In this document: positions 62,815 through 64,000 of the stretch, piece by piece
Numbering within the stretch: the first letter of the stretch is position 1
How the letters are laid out: the number at the start of each line of letters is the position of its first letter
Source: an uncultured Ignavibacteriales bacterium
Lineage (GTDB): Bacteria; Zixibacteria; MSB-5A5; GN15; FEB-12
Length of the DNA stretch: 64,000 bases
Assembly: GCA_964489705.1 (NCBI GenBank)
Contig: CAZAZQ010000010.1
Location: 64,724 to 128,723, forward strand
Direction of reading: 5' to 3'
Notes under the pieces: model-generated
Seen by the model: the letters and a program-made list of their open reading frames with translations, nothing else
Told to the model about the DNA's origin: nothing
Database searches by the model: none
Position numbers and translations under genes: made by a program

Positions 62815-62954
62815 CTTCGATGGATAGCCGGTGTTGAATAAATGAACGAATAGCCCTGTGGACATCAATTGGGGTGATTTCATTCCGATATGGTACTATA
62901 GGAGAAAAACTGAGAAGACAGGTGAGAAGAGAAAGTAAGCCAGTGAGTTAAGCC

Positions 62955-64000
62955 ATGAGAGTATCGATGGAACAGCGGCAGAAGCTTGTGCAAATATTGG
63001 CGCCGCAACTGATTCAATCTTTGAAAATGCTCCAAATGCCCGTCCTGCAATTGCAACAGAGTATCCGTCAGGAGCTTTCCAACAATCCTCTTCTGGAAGA
63101 AGTCGAAGAAGTCGAGACCACCGAAGAACAGGAAGAACTCGAATTGACTGCCGACGAGGAAAAGGATTCGGCAGAAGATACTATTGATTGGGACGAGTAT
63201 CTTTTCGACGATGAGGAAGGCTACAAAGTCCGCGAAACTCGGGAGACTCGGGACGAACGTTTCGAAGGGGCGGCTTCTCCGACCACCAGTTTGTATGCTC
63301 ACCTGCAGGAGCAGTTGTCTTTTCTGAAGCTGACTGACGAAGAGCGTCTCATCGGCGAGTATATCATCGGGAATATCTCGCCGGACGGCTACTTAGCCAT
63401 CAGCGTCGAGGAGATGGCAAAGGAGCTTTCCATCGACAAGGAAAAAATCGAGCGGGTCCTGAAAATGGTGCAGCGCTTCGATCCCACCGGGGTCGGCTCG
63501 CGGGATTTGCGGGAATCGCTGTTGCTCCAATTGAAAGAACGGGGCTTGGAAGGCTCACTGGCATACCGGATCGTCGATGAACACATTTACGAGTTGGACC
63601 GCAAGTCCATCCTCCAAATCGCCAAGCTCATGGGGGTAACCGTCGAACGGGCGCAACACGCCATGGACATCATCAAGAGTTTGTCTCCGACGCCAGCTCA
63701 CGGCCGGTTTGCCGAGGCGGCGATGCCGATAGTCCCCGATTTGATAGTAGAACGCTTTGGGGATAAGTTTGTCGTGTATCACAACGAAAAGTATGTTCCC
63801 CGTCTCCGCATCAACTCCGGCTATAGAGAGCTCATGAAGCGAAAGAGCAATTCTTCCAGCGAAACCAGAGAGTATGTCAAGCAAAAGCTGGAACAAGCCC
63901 GCTGGTTGATAAATGCCATCAATCAGCGCCGCTCGACCATGATACGGGTGATGGAAGCCATCATCGAAAAGCAACGTGACTTCTTCGAAAAGGGACCTCA
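62955..64000 (+). CDS. rpoN: RNA polymerase sigma-54 factor RpoN (N-terminal approx. 348 aa; runs off the window edge)
   Basis: Not in the ORF track because the frame is open-ended. Region I is Gln/Leu-rich (QKLVQILAPQLIQSLKMLQMPVLQLQQSIRQELSNNPLLEE), followed by an acidic region II and the core-binding region (MIRVMEAIIEKQRDFFEKG). Confidence 0.9.
   Translation, partial: MRVSMEQRQKLVQILAPQLIQSLKMLQMPVLQLQQSIRQELSNNPLLEEVEEVETTEEQEELELTADEEKDSAEDTIDWDEYLFDDEEGYKVRETRETRDERFEGAASPTTSLYAHLQEQLSFLKLTDEERLIGEYIIGNISPDGYLAISVEEMAKELSIDKEKIERVLKMVQRFDPTGVGSRDLRESLLLQLKERGLEGSLAYRIVDEHIYELDRKSILQIAKLMGVTVERAQHAMDIIKSLSPTPAHGRFAEAAMPIVPDLIVERFGDKFVVYHNEKYVPRLRINSGYRELMKRKSNSSSETREYVKQKLEQARWLINAINQRRSTMIRVMEAIIEKQRDFFEKGP

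Noticed and set aside
62880-63302. A 140-aa minus-strand ORF across the lptB-rpoN spacer and the rpoN start
   Set aside because: It is antisense to the well-supported N-terminus of sigma-54. It has no motif support.

Overview
This 64-kb window is a chromosomal segment from a diderm (outer-membrane-bearing) bacterium, read by eye from the sequence and the ORF track with no database searches. Coding density is high, and I saw no rRNA, tRNA, CRISPR array, transposase or integrase. Hand-counted 100-nt samples of housekeeping genes gave about 45-60% GC. The backbone is housekeeping and envelope biogenesis: MATE efflux, an FAH-family hydrolase, an LptD-like protein, HU, FtsK, a LolA-like protein, RimO, an SLT transglycosylase, BamD, NadD, PolA, CoaE, transketolase, an aminotransferase, TolQ/TolR/TonB-like/TolB, LptB and the start of RpoN. 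Several accessory modules deserve a closer look. (1) A short exosortase/archaeosortase-like membrane protein with small membrane partners and no visible substrate lies at 24.0-25.4 kb. (2) There are two papain-family (C1) cysteine peptidases, one ending in a T9SS-type C-terminal sorting domain and the other in PKD plus a dockerin-like tail. (3) A compact 8-gene type II secretion / type IV filament cluster lies at 33.9-41.8 kb; it has a GspL-like PilM-PilN fusion, a GspG-like pseudopilin and an ATPase with MshEN-type motifs. (4) A MauE/DoxX-rhodanese pair follows. (5) An AT-rich three-gene islet with its own terminator lies at 42.9-44.5 kb. (6) A large surface protein combines a cohesin-like module, four HYR repeats, TSP3 calcium-binding repeats and a terminal dockerin-like module (44.5-46.7 kb). 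(7) A coupled three-gene operon (50.5-54.3 kb) is led by a GlmL/MutL-like ASKHA protein with no B12 mutase nearby. The T9SS tail, dockerin-like tails and XrtF-like exosortase suggest an uncultured FCB-superphylum-like lineage, but that is inference only. All functional calls rest on motif-level reading and need HMM or structure confirmation.
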